A DNA stretch of 64,000 bases from Clostridiales bacterium (GTDB taxonomy: Bacteria > Bacillota > Dehalobacteriia > UBA7702). Below the pieces are notes generated by a model. The model saw only the letters and a program-made list of their open reading frames with translations, did no database searches and was not told where the DNA came from. The DNA lies in assembly GCA_040776805.1 (NCBI GenBank), contig JAXGZS010000001.1:413016-477015 (forward strand). The letters run 5' to 3'. A program made the position numbers and the translations under genes. Below, piece after piece: positions 18,900-29,500 of this stretch (positions are counted from its first letter, which is position 1; each line of letters opens with the position of its first letter).

Positions 18900-19942
18900 T
18901 GGAAGCGGCAAAAATCATTCACGAACTGAAACATTATAACGGCCCGGAGGTCAAGTTGATGGAGGTTTGCGGCACCCATACGGCGGCCATCTTCAAAAGC
19001 GGCATCCGCTCCCTGCTTTCTCCCAAAATCAAGCTGATTTCCGGCCCCGGCTGCCCTGTCTGCGTCACCCCCACGGCCTATATCGACCGGTGCGTCGCCT
19101 ATGCCCAAAAGGACCGCCACGTCCTTTATACTTTCGGTGATATGATGAAGGTACCGGGGACGAACAACAGCCTCAGCACCGCCAAAGGGGATGGCGCCAA
19201 AGTGGAGCTGATGTTTTCTCCCTTAGACGCCGTGGAAGCGGCGGCCAAGGATCCCGATACGACTTACGTCATCGCCGCCGTGGGGTTTGAAACGACGATC
19301 CCCGCCTATGCTTTGGCTTTGGCGGAGGCCCAATTAAAAGGCGTTGAGAACTTGCTGTTATTGACTGCCCTGAAAACCACATTGCCGGCCATAGAATGGA
19401 TTTGTGAGAACGAGAAGGGGATCGACGCTTTTATCTGTCCCGGTCACGTCAGTGTGATCACCGGCAGCGACGCCTATACCGCCTTTGCGAAGAAGTATCA
19501 TAAACCTTTCGTGGTTACCGGCTTTGAAGGCGAGCATATTTTGGCGGCGATTTATGAAATGGTGGAGCAACTGAAAAAAGGCGAAGGCAAGGCGAAGAAC
19601 CTCTACCGCAACGCTGTGCGGGATCGGGGCAACGCCAAAGCCCGGGCCTTGATCGAAGAATATTTTATCTCCGGTTACGCCATGTGGCGGGGACTGGGGG
19701 AAATTCCCGGTTCCGGGATGTATCTGAAAGAAGCGTATCAAAGGTACGACGGCGGCAGTTACGGCCTGGATAAAGACGCGGTTTTGGCCAAATCTTGCCG
19801 TTGCGGAGAGGTCATCGTCGGCCGCGTCAACCCTTGCGACTGCCCCATGTTCGGGAAGGGCTGCACGCCCACGAAGCCTTATGGGCCCTGTATGGTCTCG
19901 GCGGAGGGCGCTTGCGGTATTTGGTATCGCAATACGATTTGA
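18899..19942 (+). CDS. hypD: Hydrogenase maturation factor HypD
   Basis: The MEVCGTHT (CGxH) and GPGCPVC motifs are present. TGATG overlap with hypC. Confidence 0.85.
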   Translation: MEAAKIIHELKHYNGPEVKLMEVCGTHTAAIFKSGIRSLLSPKIKLISGPGCPVCVTPTAYIDRCVAYAQKDRHVLYTFGDMMKVPGTNNSLSTAKGDGAKVELMFSPLDAVEAAAKDPDTTYVIAAVGFETTIPAYALALAEAQLKGVENLLLLTALKTTLPAIEWICENEKGIDAFICPGHVSVITGSDAYTAFAKKYHKPFVVTGFEGEHILAAIYEMVEQLKKGEGKAKNLYRNAVRDRGNAKARALIEEYFISGYAMWRGLGEIPGSGMYLKEAYQRYDGGSYGLDKDAVLAKSCRCGEVIVGRVNPCDCPMFGKGCTPTKPYGPCMVSAEGACGIWYRNTI

Positions 19943-19950
19943 GGTGCAAT

Positions 19951-20931
19951 ATGAAAATAACCATGGCCCATGGCAGCGGCGGAAAGTCCTCCGCCGAATT
20001 GATGCAGGCTGTTTTTGGCAAATATTTTAAAAACGACGTCCTGGATAAGATGGAAGACGCCGCAGTCTTGGAGATCAGCGGCAAAATTGCCTTTTCCACC
20101 GATTCCTTTGTGGTCACGCCCACGGTTTTCAAAGGCGGCGACATCGGCAAATTAGCGGTTTGCGGTACCGTCAACGACCTTTTGATGATGGGCGCGAAAC
20201 CCCTTTACCTGACCAGCGCCTATATTCTAGAAGAAGGTCTTAGTGGGGAGCATTTGGAAACCTGCGTGGCCTCGATGGCCAAAACCGCGGCGGAGGCCGG
20301 CGTGAAAATCGTCGCCGGTGATACGAAAGTGGTGGAAGGCAACGGCGGCCTGATCATCAATACCACGGGAATCGGCCTGATCCCGCCGGAGCGGGAAGTC
20401 AGCGCCGGGAACCTGCGGGAAGGCGATAACATCATTGTTTCCGGTTATCTCGGTGATCATCACGCCTGTATTTTAAGCCACCGAATGAAACTCGCCAACG
20501 ACATTGTCAGCGACTGCGCGCCTTTAAACGATGTGGTCGACGCCCTCTTTGCCAGCGGCGCCGCGGTCAGAGCCATGCGGGATATCACCAGGGGCGGCCT
20601 CGGCACCATGCTCAATGAATTCGCCGCCGCCTCTCGCTGCGGCATCGAGCTGGAGGAAGCGAAAATCCCTGTTCGCGACGAAGTGCAGGGTTTCTGCGGC
20701 ATCCTGGGTCTCGATCCCCTTTACATGGGAAATGAGGGGAAAATGCTGGCAGTGGTCGCCGCCGCCGACGCCGAAAAGGCCTTGGCCGCCATGAGGAGGA
20801 CAGAACACGGCAAAGACGCCGTGCTTCTCGGTACGGTCACCGGGGGCAAAGGCGTTGTGATGAAAACGCGCCTAGGGGGGAAGCGTGTTGTGGATATGCT
20901 TTACGGCGAGGGTTTGCCTCGGATCTGTTAG
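19951..20931 (+). CDS. hypE: Hydrogenase maturation factor HypE (carbamoyl dehydratase)
   Basis: The N-terminus MKITMAHGSGGK and the C-terminal ...GEGLPRIC, ending in the conserved terminal Cys, fit HypE. The start is ATG 19951 after GAGGTG. The ORF-track 5' extension overlaps hypD and was rejected. Confidence 0.85.
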   Translation: MKITMAHGSGGKSSAELMQAVFGKYFKNDVLDKMEDAAVLEISGKIAFSTDSFVVTPTVFKGGDIGKLAVCGTVNDLLMMGAKPLYLTSAYILEEGLSGEHLETCVASMAKTAAEAGVKIVAGDTKVVEGNGGLIINTTGIGLIPPEREVSAGNLREGDNIIVSGYLGDHHACILSHRMKLANDIVSDCAPLNDVVDALFASGAAVRAMRDITRGGLGTMLNEFAAASRCGIELEEAKIPVRDEVQGFCGILGLDPLYMGNEGKMLAVVAAADAEKALAAMRRTEHGKDAVLLGTVTGGKGVVMKTRLGGKRVVDMLYGEGLPRIC

Positions 20932-20945
20932 GAGGTGTCAATGAT

Positions 20946-21863
20946 ATGCGGCAAAAAATGCTTTTTCTCTTTAATATCAAAGCCGGTACTTCCGCCATTC
21001 GGCCCAAGCTCTGCGATATCATCAATATCTTCACCAAAGGCGGTTACGATGTCCTGGCTCATGCCAGTCAAGATCCCGATGATATCGAGACCTTTATCAA
21101 AGCGCGCGGTTGCGAATTCGACATTGTCGTGATCTGCGGCGGCGACGGCAGTCTCAACGACACCGTCAACGGCTTGATGGCCCTTGATAACCCGCCGCCC
21201 TTGGGTTACATCCCCACAGGAACGATGAACGACTTTGCCGCCAGCCACCGTCTCAACAACAATATGCTGGTGGCCGCCAACGATATTGTCACCGGCGAGC
21301 TGACTTATACCGACATCGGTTGTTTTAATGACCGCTATTTTTCCTATGTGGCGGCATTTGGCGCCTTTACCGACGTGGCCTACGATACGCCCCAGGCCAG
21401 TAAAAATCTTTTCGGCAAGAGCGCTTATATCTTTGAGGGCATCAAACGGCTGCCGATGCTCAGCTCTTACCACGTTAAAATCGAATGCGCCCAATTGGCC
21501 ACGGAGGGCGATTATATCTTCGGCATGGCCAGCAACGCCATGACCATCGGCGGTTTTAAAATCAATAAAAAACCGGCGATCTCCATGGACGACGGCTATT
21601 TTGAAGTGGTGCTGGTAAAAAAAGGTATCAGCGATTTCTTCAATGCCCAGATGATGCTTCACGCCCTTGTCCAGGGCGTGGAAAACAATAAATTCATTAC
21701 CTACGCCCGGACAAAAAAAGTCAAACTGAGCTTTGACGAACCTGTCAGCTGGACTTTAGATGGAGAATTCGGCGGCGATGTGCGGGAAGCCGAAATCTCG
21801 TGTATTAAAAGGAAATTGAAAATCTACGTGCCCGCCCGTCCCATTGTTCCGGTGGAAGCCTAA
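20946..21863 (+). CDS. Diacylglycerol kinase-family lipid kinase (YegS/BmrU-like)
   Basis: The VVICGGDGSLNDTVNGL (GGDGS/T) motif is present. The RBS is AGGAGGTG. Confidence 0.75.
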   Translation: MRQKMLFLFNIKAGTSAIRPKLCDIINIFTKGGYDVLAHASQDPDDIETFIKARGCEFDIVVICGGDGSLNDTVNGLMALDNPPPLGYIPTGTMNDFAASHRLNNNMLVAANDIVTGELTYTDIGCFNDRYFSYVAAFGAFTDVAYDTPQASKNLFGKSAYIFEGIKRLPMLSSYHVKIECAQLATEGDYIFGMASNAMTIGGFKINKKPAISMDDGYFEVVLVKKGISDFFNAQMMLHALVQGVENNKFITYARTKKVKLSFDEPVSWTLDGEFGGDVREAEISCIKRKLKIYVPARPIVPVEA

Positions 21864-21879
21864 AAAACCCTAAAAAACA

Positions 21880-21934
21880 GGTGTCCCTTGCCGACCAGTT
21901 CCAAAACTGTGACCAGCAAGGGACACCTTTTTTT
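21880..21934. terminator. Bidirectional terminator between the lipid kinase gene (+) and bioA (-)
   Basis: GGTGTCCCTTG...CAAGGGACACC followed by T7 on the plus strand; the reverse complement is preceded by A6. Confidence 0.6.
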
Positions 21935-23270
21935 ACAGTACTTCCTCTATGGCTGTGGCGCAGCGGTAAACGGCCTTATCCATCTCTGTTTCCGTGATGG
22001 TCAGAGGCGGATTGAAATAGAGTACGTTGCCCAAAGGGCGCAAAATCAGCCCGTGGGCCAAAGCCCTTTGGTAGATTTCGTAACCGATGCGTTTATTTTC
22101 GTCAAATCCCGCTTTCGTTTTTTTATCCGTTACCAGTTCCATGGCGTTGATCAGGCCGAGATGACGGATCTCGCCGATGTTGGGATGATCTGAGAGCCGT
22201 GTTAAAAGTTTTTTATGGAGATATTGGGCGCGGAGGGCGGCATTTTCTAAAATATGCTGCTCCCGCAAGATTTTCTGTACGGCCAGGGCCGCGGCGCAAC
22301 CCAGGGGATTGCCGCTATAGGTGTGACTGTGCATAAAAGCTTTGCCCTCTTTATAATCGGCGTAAAAGGCCTCATAAACCTTGTCCGTGGTGGCGGCGAT
22401 GGCCATGGGCAGATAGCCCCCGGTCAACCCTTTGGAAAGGCACATGATGTCCGGGGTTATGGCGGCGTGATCGCAGGCGAACATTTTGCCGGTACGGCCA
22501 AAGCCGGTGGCAATCTCGTCGGCAATCAACAACACGCCGGTCTGATCACAGAGAGCCCGTAGCTTTTTCAGGTAAAGGGGCGGGTAGATGCGCATGCCGG
22601 CGCTGCCTTGGAGGAGCGGCTCCACAATCACGGCGCAGGTGGTATCGGCGTAGCGGTCAAAGCATTTTTCAGCCTCTTCAAAGCAGTTTGCTTGGCAATT
22701 TTCGCGGTTTTGGCGGTAGGGGCAGCGGTAGCAGTCCGGGGCGGGAATCCGTACGGTATCCATGAGCAGCGGTTGGTAAATCTTTGCGTACATATCCAGG
22801 GAGCCTACGGCCAGGGCGCCGATGGTTTCACCGTGGTAGCCTTCACTTAAGCACATAAACCGGGTTCTTTTCATCTGACCCGTTTGGTATTGATATTGAA
22901 ACGCCATCTTTAAGGCGCATTCCACAGCGCTGGAGCCGCAATCGGAAAAATGAAATTTCGTCAGACCTCGGGGCACGCTTTTGCTAAGCTCTTGGCAGAG
23001 TTCAATGACGGGTTTGTGGGAAAAGTTGGCGAGAATCACGTGTTCCAATGTATCGAGCTGTTTTTTGACGGCTTCGTTGATTTCGGGATTGCAGTGCCCC
23101 AGCAGATTACACCACCAGGAACTGATGATATCGATGTACTCCTTGCCCTCCATATCGTAAAGATACACACCTTTGCCGCGGTCAATGACGATGGGGGGAA
23201 ATGATTCATAGTCTTTCATTTGGGAGCAGGGATGCCAAATATATTTTAAGTCTTTTTGGGCTAAATTCAT
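21933..23270 (-). CDS. bioA: Adenosylmethionine-8-amino-7-oxononanoate aminotransferase
   Basis: The N-terminus MNLAQKDLKYIWHPCSQMKDY... is characteristic of BioA. The 445-aa class-III aminotransferase is the last gene of the bio operon. Confidence 0.9.
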   Translation of the reverse strand: MNLAQKDLKYIWHPCSQMKDYESFPPIVIDRGKGVYLYDMEGKEYIDIISSWWCNLLGHCNPEINEAVKKQLDTLEHVILANFSHKPVIELCQELSKSVPRGLTKFHFSDCGSSAVECALKMAFQYQYQTGQMKRTRFMCLSEGYHGETIGALAVGSLDMYAKIYQPLLMDTVRIPAPDCYRCPYRQNRENCQANCFEEAEKCFDRYADTTCAVIVEPLLQGSAGMRIYPPLYLKKLRALCDQTGVLLIADEIATGFGRTGKMFACDHAAITPDIMCLSKGLTGGYLPMAIAATTDKVYEAFYADYKEGKAFMHSHTYSGNPLGCAAALAVQKILREQHILENAALRAQYLHKKLLTRLSDHPNIGEIRHLGLINAMELVTDKKTKAGFDENKRIGYEIYQRALAHGLILRPLGNVLYFNPPLTITETEMDKAVYRCATAIEEVL

Positions 23271-23947
23271 GGTCGTCTCTCCTCAAAAAGGGATCGTAGC
23301 GTGTCTTTGTCAATGGCGAGGTCGCCTGCGTCGGGAGGGATCAGGGCGAGGATAGGCAGTCCGGTGATGGCGTTAATCATCGCGGCGTTGTCTTTTTCCA
23401 TCGCCGTTTTCGTAAAGCGGTTCAGGATGACGCCGCGACAGCCGAGGTCCCTGCTCTTTAGGTATTCCGCCGTAAGCGTCACGGCGTTGATGGCGCCGAG
23501 ACCGGCGTCGGCGACGATGAGCGTATCAAGATTCAGGGCGACGATGATGTCTTCTAAAAAGATATGAGTTTTGTCGTCGTAACGAAGGGGACAGACGATA
23601 CCGCCGCTGCCCTCCACGAGAACGTATTCGTGCTTTTTCTTCACGTCCTCATAATCATGGCGAACCTTTGCCAGCTCCACGGGGTTTCCTTCCCATTTGG
23701 CGGCGAGGTGAGGGGAAACCGCATGCCGATAGAGGTAGGAAAGCAAGCTGTTTTCTTCCTGATCAAGGCTGGCGACAGCCTTGACGTAGCCCGCATCGCT
23801 TTCTTTGGTGCTGTCGGCGCCGGAGAGGGCCGCTTTGTAGTAGCCGACGTGAAAGCCGTATGCTTTCATGGCTTTGGCCAGGAGGGCGGTGACGTAGGTT
23901 TTCCCCACGTCCGTACCGGTGCCGGTGATGAAGAGTCCGTATCCCAT
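23267..23947 (-). CDS. bioD: Dethiobiotin synthetase
   Basis: The P-loop-like ITGTGTDVGKTYVT is present. 4-nt overlap with bioA. Confidence 0.85.
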   Translation of the reverse strand: MGYGLFITGTGTDVGKTYVTALLAKAMKAYGFHVGYYKAALSGADSTKESDAGYVKAVASLDQEENSLLSYLYRHAVSPHLAAKWEGNPVELAKVRHDYEDVKKKHEYVLVEGSGGIVCPLRYDDKTHIFLEDIIVALNLDTLIVADAGLGAINAVTLTAEYLKSRDLGCRGVILNRFTKTAMEKDNAAMINAITGLPILALIPPDAGDLAIDKDTLRSLFEERRP

Positions 23948-23948
23948 T

Positions 23949-24908
23949 TCATGATACCTCGTAACCCAGTTCTTTTAAGATCTCCAAATCCGCGGCGGCG
24001 GAAATGCCCTTTGTCGTCAGCATGTCCCCGGTGATGGCGGCGTTGGCGCCTCCGGAGAAACAGGCGCGGCCTTTGTCCTTTAAATTGCCGCGGCCTCCCG
24101 CCAGGCGTAAAAAAGCGTTGGGCAGCAGAAAACGGAACACGGTGACCATGCGCCGAACCTCCTCTTCGGATAGGGGCGTTACCTTTTCCAGGGGCGTTCC
24201 CGGAATGGGTTCCAATATATTGAGGGGGACGCTTTTGATTTCTAGCTCCCTTAGGGTAAGAGCCAGTTCGATGCGGTCTTCCACCGTTTCGCCCAGGCCG
24301 AAAATACCGCCGCTGCACACTTCAAGGCCATTCCTGCGCGCGGCGGAAATCGTTTTGATTTTATCGTCGTAACTGTGGCTGGTACAGATTTGGGGAAAGA
24401 AGCGGCGGGAGGTTTCCAGATTATTGTGAATTCTGGTTATCCCTGCCGCTTTTAATTGTTTCAATTGGCTTTCACTGAGGAGTCCCAAGGAAGCGCAGAG
24501 AACGAGAGACGTTTCTCTTTTGAGTGTTTCGATGCTGCGGCAGACTTTTTCCATTTCCCGCGCCGAAAGCGATTTGCCGGAGGTGACGATACCGAAATGC
24601 TTCACTCCCCCTTGCTCCTCGGCATTGGCGGCGCGGAGGAGTTCCCTTTGGCTCAAGAGGGGGTAAGCGGTGATTTCCGCGGGATAGCGGCTGGACTGGG
24701 CGCAGAACTTGCAGTCCTCACCGCAGCGGCCGCTTTTGGCATTGACAATGGCGCAGAGGTCGAAGCGGTTGCCGCAGAAACGGCGGCGAATCTCGTCGGC
24801 GGCGGCGTTTAGGGGGACAAGGGGCGCTTCATAAAGGGCAAGCGCCTCCTCTTTTGTTACGGTTTGTTCGTGGAATATTTTTTCTTTGAGTCGGGCAATC
24901 TGCTGCAT
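23949..24908 (-). CDS. bioB: Biotin synthase (radical SAM)
   Basis: The radical SAM cluster motif SGRCGEDCKFCAQS and the conserved Y..I...R residues are present. Confidence 0.9.
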   Translation of the reverse strand: MQQIARLKEKIFHEQTVTKEEALALYEAPLVPLNAAADEIRRRFCGNRFDLCAIVNAKSGRCGEDCKFCAQSSRYPAEITAYPLLSQRELLRAANAEEQGGVKHFGIVTSGKSLSAREMEKVCRSIETLKRETSLVLCASLGLLSESQLKQLKAAGITRIHNNLETSRRFFPQICTSHSYDDKIKTISAARRNGLEVCSGGIFGLGETVEDRIELALTLRELEIKSVPLNILEPIPGTPLEKVTPLSEEEVRRMVTVFRFLLPNAFLRLAGGRGNLKDKGRACFSGGANAAITGDMLTTKGISAAADLEILKELGYEVS

Positions 24909-24909
24909 G

Positions 24910-25473
24910 TCATTTCCTTTGCATTTGCTGTACGATGGGGAGCAGGCGTTTGCCGAGGCCGGCGGCGACGGCGCAGAGCAGAAGATCCCCCGGTATCGGC
25001 AGCAGAAAACAGTATAAAAGAAGCGTGCGCACGGTCATGGCGTCTCCCAAATAAAAGCGGCTGATGACCCAACAGTAAGCCATGCCCAGGGCATAAACCA
25101 CAAGTAAGCCGGCGAAACTCGCCGCAAAGAGTCTTTTCACGGAAGGGTGGGGCGACTGTTCGGTGATTCTGCCGGTAACGAAAGCGCCGAGGCAAAAACC
25201 GAGCAGGTAACCGAAGCTGGGCTGAAAAACGTAGGCGAGGCCGCCGCCGGCGGCAAAGACGGGGAATCCCGCAAGACCCAGCAAGATATAGCAGGCGACG
25301 CTAAGGGCGCCGAGTCTGGAACCGAGGAGCATCCCGGCCAGGGTTGTAAAGAGAAATTGCAGGGTGAAGGGAACCACCGGAACGGGAATGCGGAGGAACG
25401 CGCCAAGAACGATCAATGCCGTGAATAAGGCGCAGAGTATTTGATTTTTGACGGTGATGGGATGTTGATTCAT
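24910..25473 (-). CDS. bioY: Biotin transporter BioY (ECF S-component)
   Basis: The N-terminus MNQHPITVKNQILCALFTALIVLGAFLRIPVPVVPFTLQ is typical of BioY. The start is probably ATG 25473; the ORF-track 24-codon extension lacks an RBS, so the start is uncertain. Confidence 0.75.
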   Translation of the reverse strand: MNQHPITVKNQILCALFTALIVLGAFLRIPVPVVPFTLQFLFTTLAGMLLGSRLGALSVACYILLGLAGFPVFAAGGGLAYVFQPSFGYLLGFCLGAFVTGRITEQSPHPSVKRLFAASFAGLLVVYALGMAYCWVISRFYLGDAMTVRTLLLYCFLLPIPGDLLLCAVAAGLGKRLLPIVQQMQRK

Positions 25474-25486
25474 CGGCGTGCGCCCA

Positions 25487-26467
25487 TCATTTCCAGCGAA
25501 CGCTGACTTCACCACTGTCCAAGGCATTTTCATTGCCATTCTCATCGCGGACGATCAGCCGAAAGTGATCGTCGATGGCGACGGCAGTGGCGGTATGCTC
25601 TTGGTTATGGCGCGATACGGTGATTTTTTGCCCCAGGAGAAAAGAGCGTTTTCGATATTCGGACAAGAAGGCCTTCTCCGTCAGCTTCTCATAATAGGGT
25701 ATAAAATGATTGAGAATTTCCGCTGCAAGCCGGCTTTTTATGCTGTTTTTGGTTTTTGCGTCGGTAAAAAGAGAGGTGGCGACCGTTTCCAGTTCCGGGG
25801 GAAAGTTCTCTTTCGGAGGGAAAACATTGACGCCGATGCCGACGACGGCGTAATCAAGACCGCCGTTTTCCATGGCGAGCGCGGCTTCAGTGAGAATGCC
25901 GCAAACCTTTTTACCGTCGAGATAAACATCGTTGACCCATTTGATTTGGGCGTTTTTGCCGGTGACGGCCTCAATGGCGAGGGCCGCCGCCGTCGCCGCC
26001 GCTGTGGTCAGTAAAAGGGAATCGGTAACGGAATACTTTGGCCGCAACAGGATGCTCATATAGAGACCCGTGTTGGCCGGGGAAAAGAAGCCTCTGTTTC
26101 TTCTTCCTCTGCCGGCACTCTGCTCCTCCGCAATGACCACGACGCCTTCGGTTTCGCCCTGATCGGCGAGTTCTCTTACGATCGCATTGGTTGAGGTGAC
26201 CAACGGATGCTTGATGAAACGTAATTCTTTTGCCGCGCCGGTCAGCTTTTCCGCAACGGTCGCCGCGGTGAAAAGATCGGTGTCCGCGGCGAGGGCGTAA
26301 CCCTTATTGGTGACGGCGGTAATGTCATAGCCTTCGGCTTGCAGCGATTTGATGCTTTTCCATACGGCGGCTCTGGTCACATAGAGGCGGGCGGCCAGCT
26401 CTTCGCCGGAAACGAAAGAGCCTTTCTCCGCAGCCAATAACGATAAAATTTGATCCTTGAGATTCAT
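25487..26467 (-). CDS. birA: Bifunctional biotin-protein ligase / bio operon repressor BirA
   Basis: An N-terminal wHTH (ELAARLYVTRAAVWKSIKSLQAEGYDI) is joined to a BPL catalytic domain. It is the first gene of birA-bioYBDA. Confidence 0.85.
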   Translation of the reverse strand: MNLKDQILSLLAAEKGSFVSGEELAARLYVTRAAVWKSIKSLQAEGYDITAVTNKGYALAADTDLFTAATVAEKLTGAAKELRFIKHPLVTSTNAIVRELADQGETEGVVVIAEEQSAGRGRRNRGFFSPANTGLYMSILLRPKYSVTDSLLLTTAAATAAALAIEAVTGKNAQIKWVNDVYLDGKKVCGILTEAALAMENGGLDYAVVGIGVNVFPPKENFPPELETVATSLFTDAKTKNSIKSRLAAEILNHFIPYYEKLTEKAFLSEYRKRSFLLGQKITVSRHNQEHTATAVAIDDHFRLIVRDENGNENALDSGEVSVRWK

Positions 26468-26491
26468 TTTGCTTACCTCACATTGCCGCTT

Positions 26492-26546
26492 ATTATACTC
26501 TTTGCCCGGGAGATTGTCAACCGCATAACAACAAAGAGTTTACAAT
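26492..26546 (-). promoter_or_regulatory. bio operon promoter (TTGACA-17-TATAAT on the minus strand) overlapped by an imperfect palindrome ATTGTCAAC-N16-GTTTACAAT that is a likely BirA operator
   Basis: The -10 box is at 26492-26497 and the -35 at 26515-26520 (reverse complement). The half-sites are at 26513-26521 and 26538-26546 and match 8 of 9 positions as inverted repeats. The RBS GAGGT lies upstream of the birA ATG. Confidence 0.5.
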
Positions 26547-26557
26547 TCAAGTAAATA

Positions 26558-26587
26558 GCGGAGCGGGCAGTAAAATGCCCGCTCCGC
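26558..26587 (-). terminator. Terminator hairpin for the upstream minus-strand operon (GCGGAGCGGGC...GCCCGCTCCGC)
   Basis: An 11-bp stem directly after the stop at 26598, followed on the minus strand by UAUUUACUU. Confidence 0.6.
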
Positions 26588-26597
26588 GCAATAAGAT

Positions 26598-29500
26598 TTA
26601 TTTCAGCAGATCCAGGATTTCCAAATTGCTCTTGCCTCCCGGGGGACAAAGGGTCTGCTCTCTCCTGAATTCGGTGCCGCAGTTGCAGGCCACGGTACCG
26701 CTGGTTTCAAAGCTGGTGGCGAAGGGCAGGACGATCTCGGCGTTGTTTGTTTCAGCGGTATGGCGCGGCGCGATCATCAGCAGGCGTTGGCTTTTGCCGG
26801 GAATCCCCGTTTCATCACCGATTATGACGAGCGCCTTTAAATGGTCGTTTAAGAGATCGGGAGTTTTGACCCCCGCGCCCCGGTAAATTTCGGTGTTGGC
26901 CGCGCTGTGTAGCACCAAGAGCTTGGCGCCGACGGCTTTGGCCAATGCCGCCCCCTTGGCGCAAGTTTTGGCATCGGCGCTCGTTTCGGCGATGATCACC
27001 AGATCGGTCTCTTTCGAGACTTCAATTTTATCGTCCTTTGTAAAGCAGCGTACCTCTGCTTTTGCTTTTGCCATGCGGATTCCGGCTACGGGATTATCGG
27101 TATAAGGGTCTTCCCCAACGTATACGATATGTTTGGCGTGATCGATATCCGTCACCTTGGCGTCGCCCTTGACGTCGTAAGTCAGGGCGGCGGGAGAGGC
27201 GATGATCTCGGTACCCAGGGTATTTTTGGCGAAATCGACGTAAGCGGCGACTTCTTCTTTGGTGAGATTGGCGGCGAGGAAAACGCCGATTTCATTTTTA
27301 CCGTATTTCTTGACCCTTGCTTTGAGGGTCGCGGCGGCTTTCTCGTAAGTGGTTTCTTTGCCGTCCACCGTAGGTGTTTTTACCCGTTCGCCGCCGAGGA
27401 CCGTTTCATAGCCGAATTTTCCCTTTTTGCAGAGAAGGCCCGTTTCTTCCCGGGGGATCACCCGGCAGAGCTGATTGCCGAAGGTCAGCACCGTGGTTTT
27501 GCAGTTGATGGCGCATTGACCGCAGCTGCCGGCGGTGGGCTGTTCCGCCAAGGGAACGCGTTTGCCCAGAAGCTGTTTTTCTGTGAGAGCGCCGGTGGGA
27601 CAGACGTTGATGCATTGGCCGCAGGTGATGCACGTTGAATCCGCCAGGGAAATATTGAATTCCGGTTGGATGATGGTTTCAAAGCCGCGGTGAACCAGGC
27701 CCCAAACGCCTTTGCCCACCACTTCGTCGCAGACTCTGACACAGAGACCGCAGAGGATGCATTTGTCGCTGTCCCTGTCGATATAGGGGTTATGGTCGGC
27801 CATATTCCGTTTGCGCACCGTATCGCCGAAGCTGTTTTCCGCCAGTTGATATGTTTGGCCGTAGCGAATCAGTTTACATTCGTAGTAGTCGGCGCAGCCG
27901 CATTCAAGACAGCGGGAACCTTCGGCGACGGCATCTGCTTCGCTGAGACCGAGGAAGACTTCGTCAAAGGTCCGTTTTCTGCTTTCCCCGGGGAGACGCG
28001 GTCCGTTGCGGCGGGGCATTTTTTCCCGGTCGGCGAGGTCTTCGGCGGTGACGTTTTTGATTTTGGAAAGGAACGGTTCCGTATAGGGAATGATATCGCC
28101 TTTCAGGTAGCTGTCAATGATATCGGCGGCGCGGTGGGCGTCGGCAATGGCTTCTATGGCGATGCCGGGGCCGTTGTTGATGCCGTCGCCGCCGGCGAAT
28201 ACGCCCTTTTGATCCGTGAGGAAGGTGTGTTCATCGGCCTTGATCGTATGCCAGTCGGTTAAACCCACGGGGATACCGTCGGCTACGACCTGCTGGCCGA
28301 TGGCGGCGATGACCGTATCCAGCGCCAAATCTTCGAAGGCGCCCTCGATGGCCACGGGACGGCGTCTGCCGGAGGAATCCGCCTCTCCCAGTTCCATCTT
28401 TTGCAGGCGAATCCCGCTGACTCTGTCGTTTTCCGTCAGCACTTCCGTGGGGGCCACGAGGAAACGGAATTCCACGCCTTCTTCTCGGGCTTCTTTGATT
28501 TCCAGGGCTTCCGCCGGCATTTCCTTTTCCGTGCGGCGGTAGAGGACGTAGACCTTTTCCGCGCCGAGGCGGAGGGCGGTGCGGCAGGCGTCCATGGCGG
28601 TGTTGCCGCCGCCGACCACGGCGACGTTTTTGCCGAGGTACGGTTTTTCACCCCGGGCCACGGCGATCAAAAAGTCGATGCCGCCTAAGACCCCTTGGGC
28701 CTCTTCGCCTTTGCAGCGCAGCGCCGCGCTTTTCCAGGCGCCGATGGCCACATAAACGGCGTCGCTGCGATCTTTCAATTCCGCGAAGTCGATGTCTTTG
28801 CCGACTTTCGTGTTGTAGCGAAAGGTCACGCCGAGACGGGCGATATTTTCGATTTCCAAATCCAGGATTTCTTTGGGTAGTCTATATTGAGGGATGCCGT
28901 AGCGGAGCATACCGCCGCCTTTGGGCATGGCTTCGATGATTTCCACACGGTGGCCTTTTAAAGCCAAAAAGTAGGCGGCGGTGAGCCCGGCGGGACCGGC
29001 GCCGACGACGGTGATCTGCTTCCCGCTGGGGGCGGGTATTTCCTCGATAAAGCGGTCGTCACCAAAAAGATCCATATCCGCGGCGAAGGCCTTTAATTCC
29101 GCGATGGCAATGGGCTCCTCCACCAACCGGCGGCGGCAAGCCTCCTCGCAGGGATGGGGACAGATCCGTCCGATGCAGGCCGGCAAGGGGATCACTCGCT
29201 TGATGACGCGGAGCGCTTCCTTATATTTGCCGTTGGCGATGAGTCCCGTATAGGCCTGACAGTTGGTATGGCCGGGACACGCCAAGGTGCAAGGAGGGCG
29301 GCAGTCGCCTCGATGATCGGAGAAAAGCAATTCCAAGGCGACCTTGCGGGCTGTAGCGGCCCGTTTGCCCTGGGTATGGAGGACCATCTTTTCGTTGGCT
29401 GCCGTGGCGCAGGCTCGGTACAGTTTGGGGCTATTTTCGTCTTCCACCAGACAGACGCCGCAGGCGCCGTAGGTTTCTACCAGGGGATGATGACACAAAG

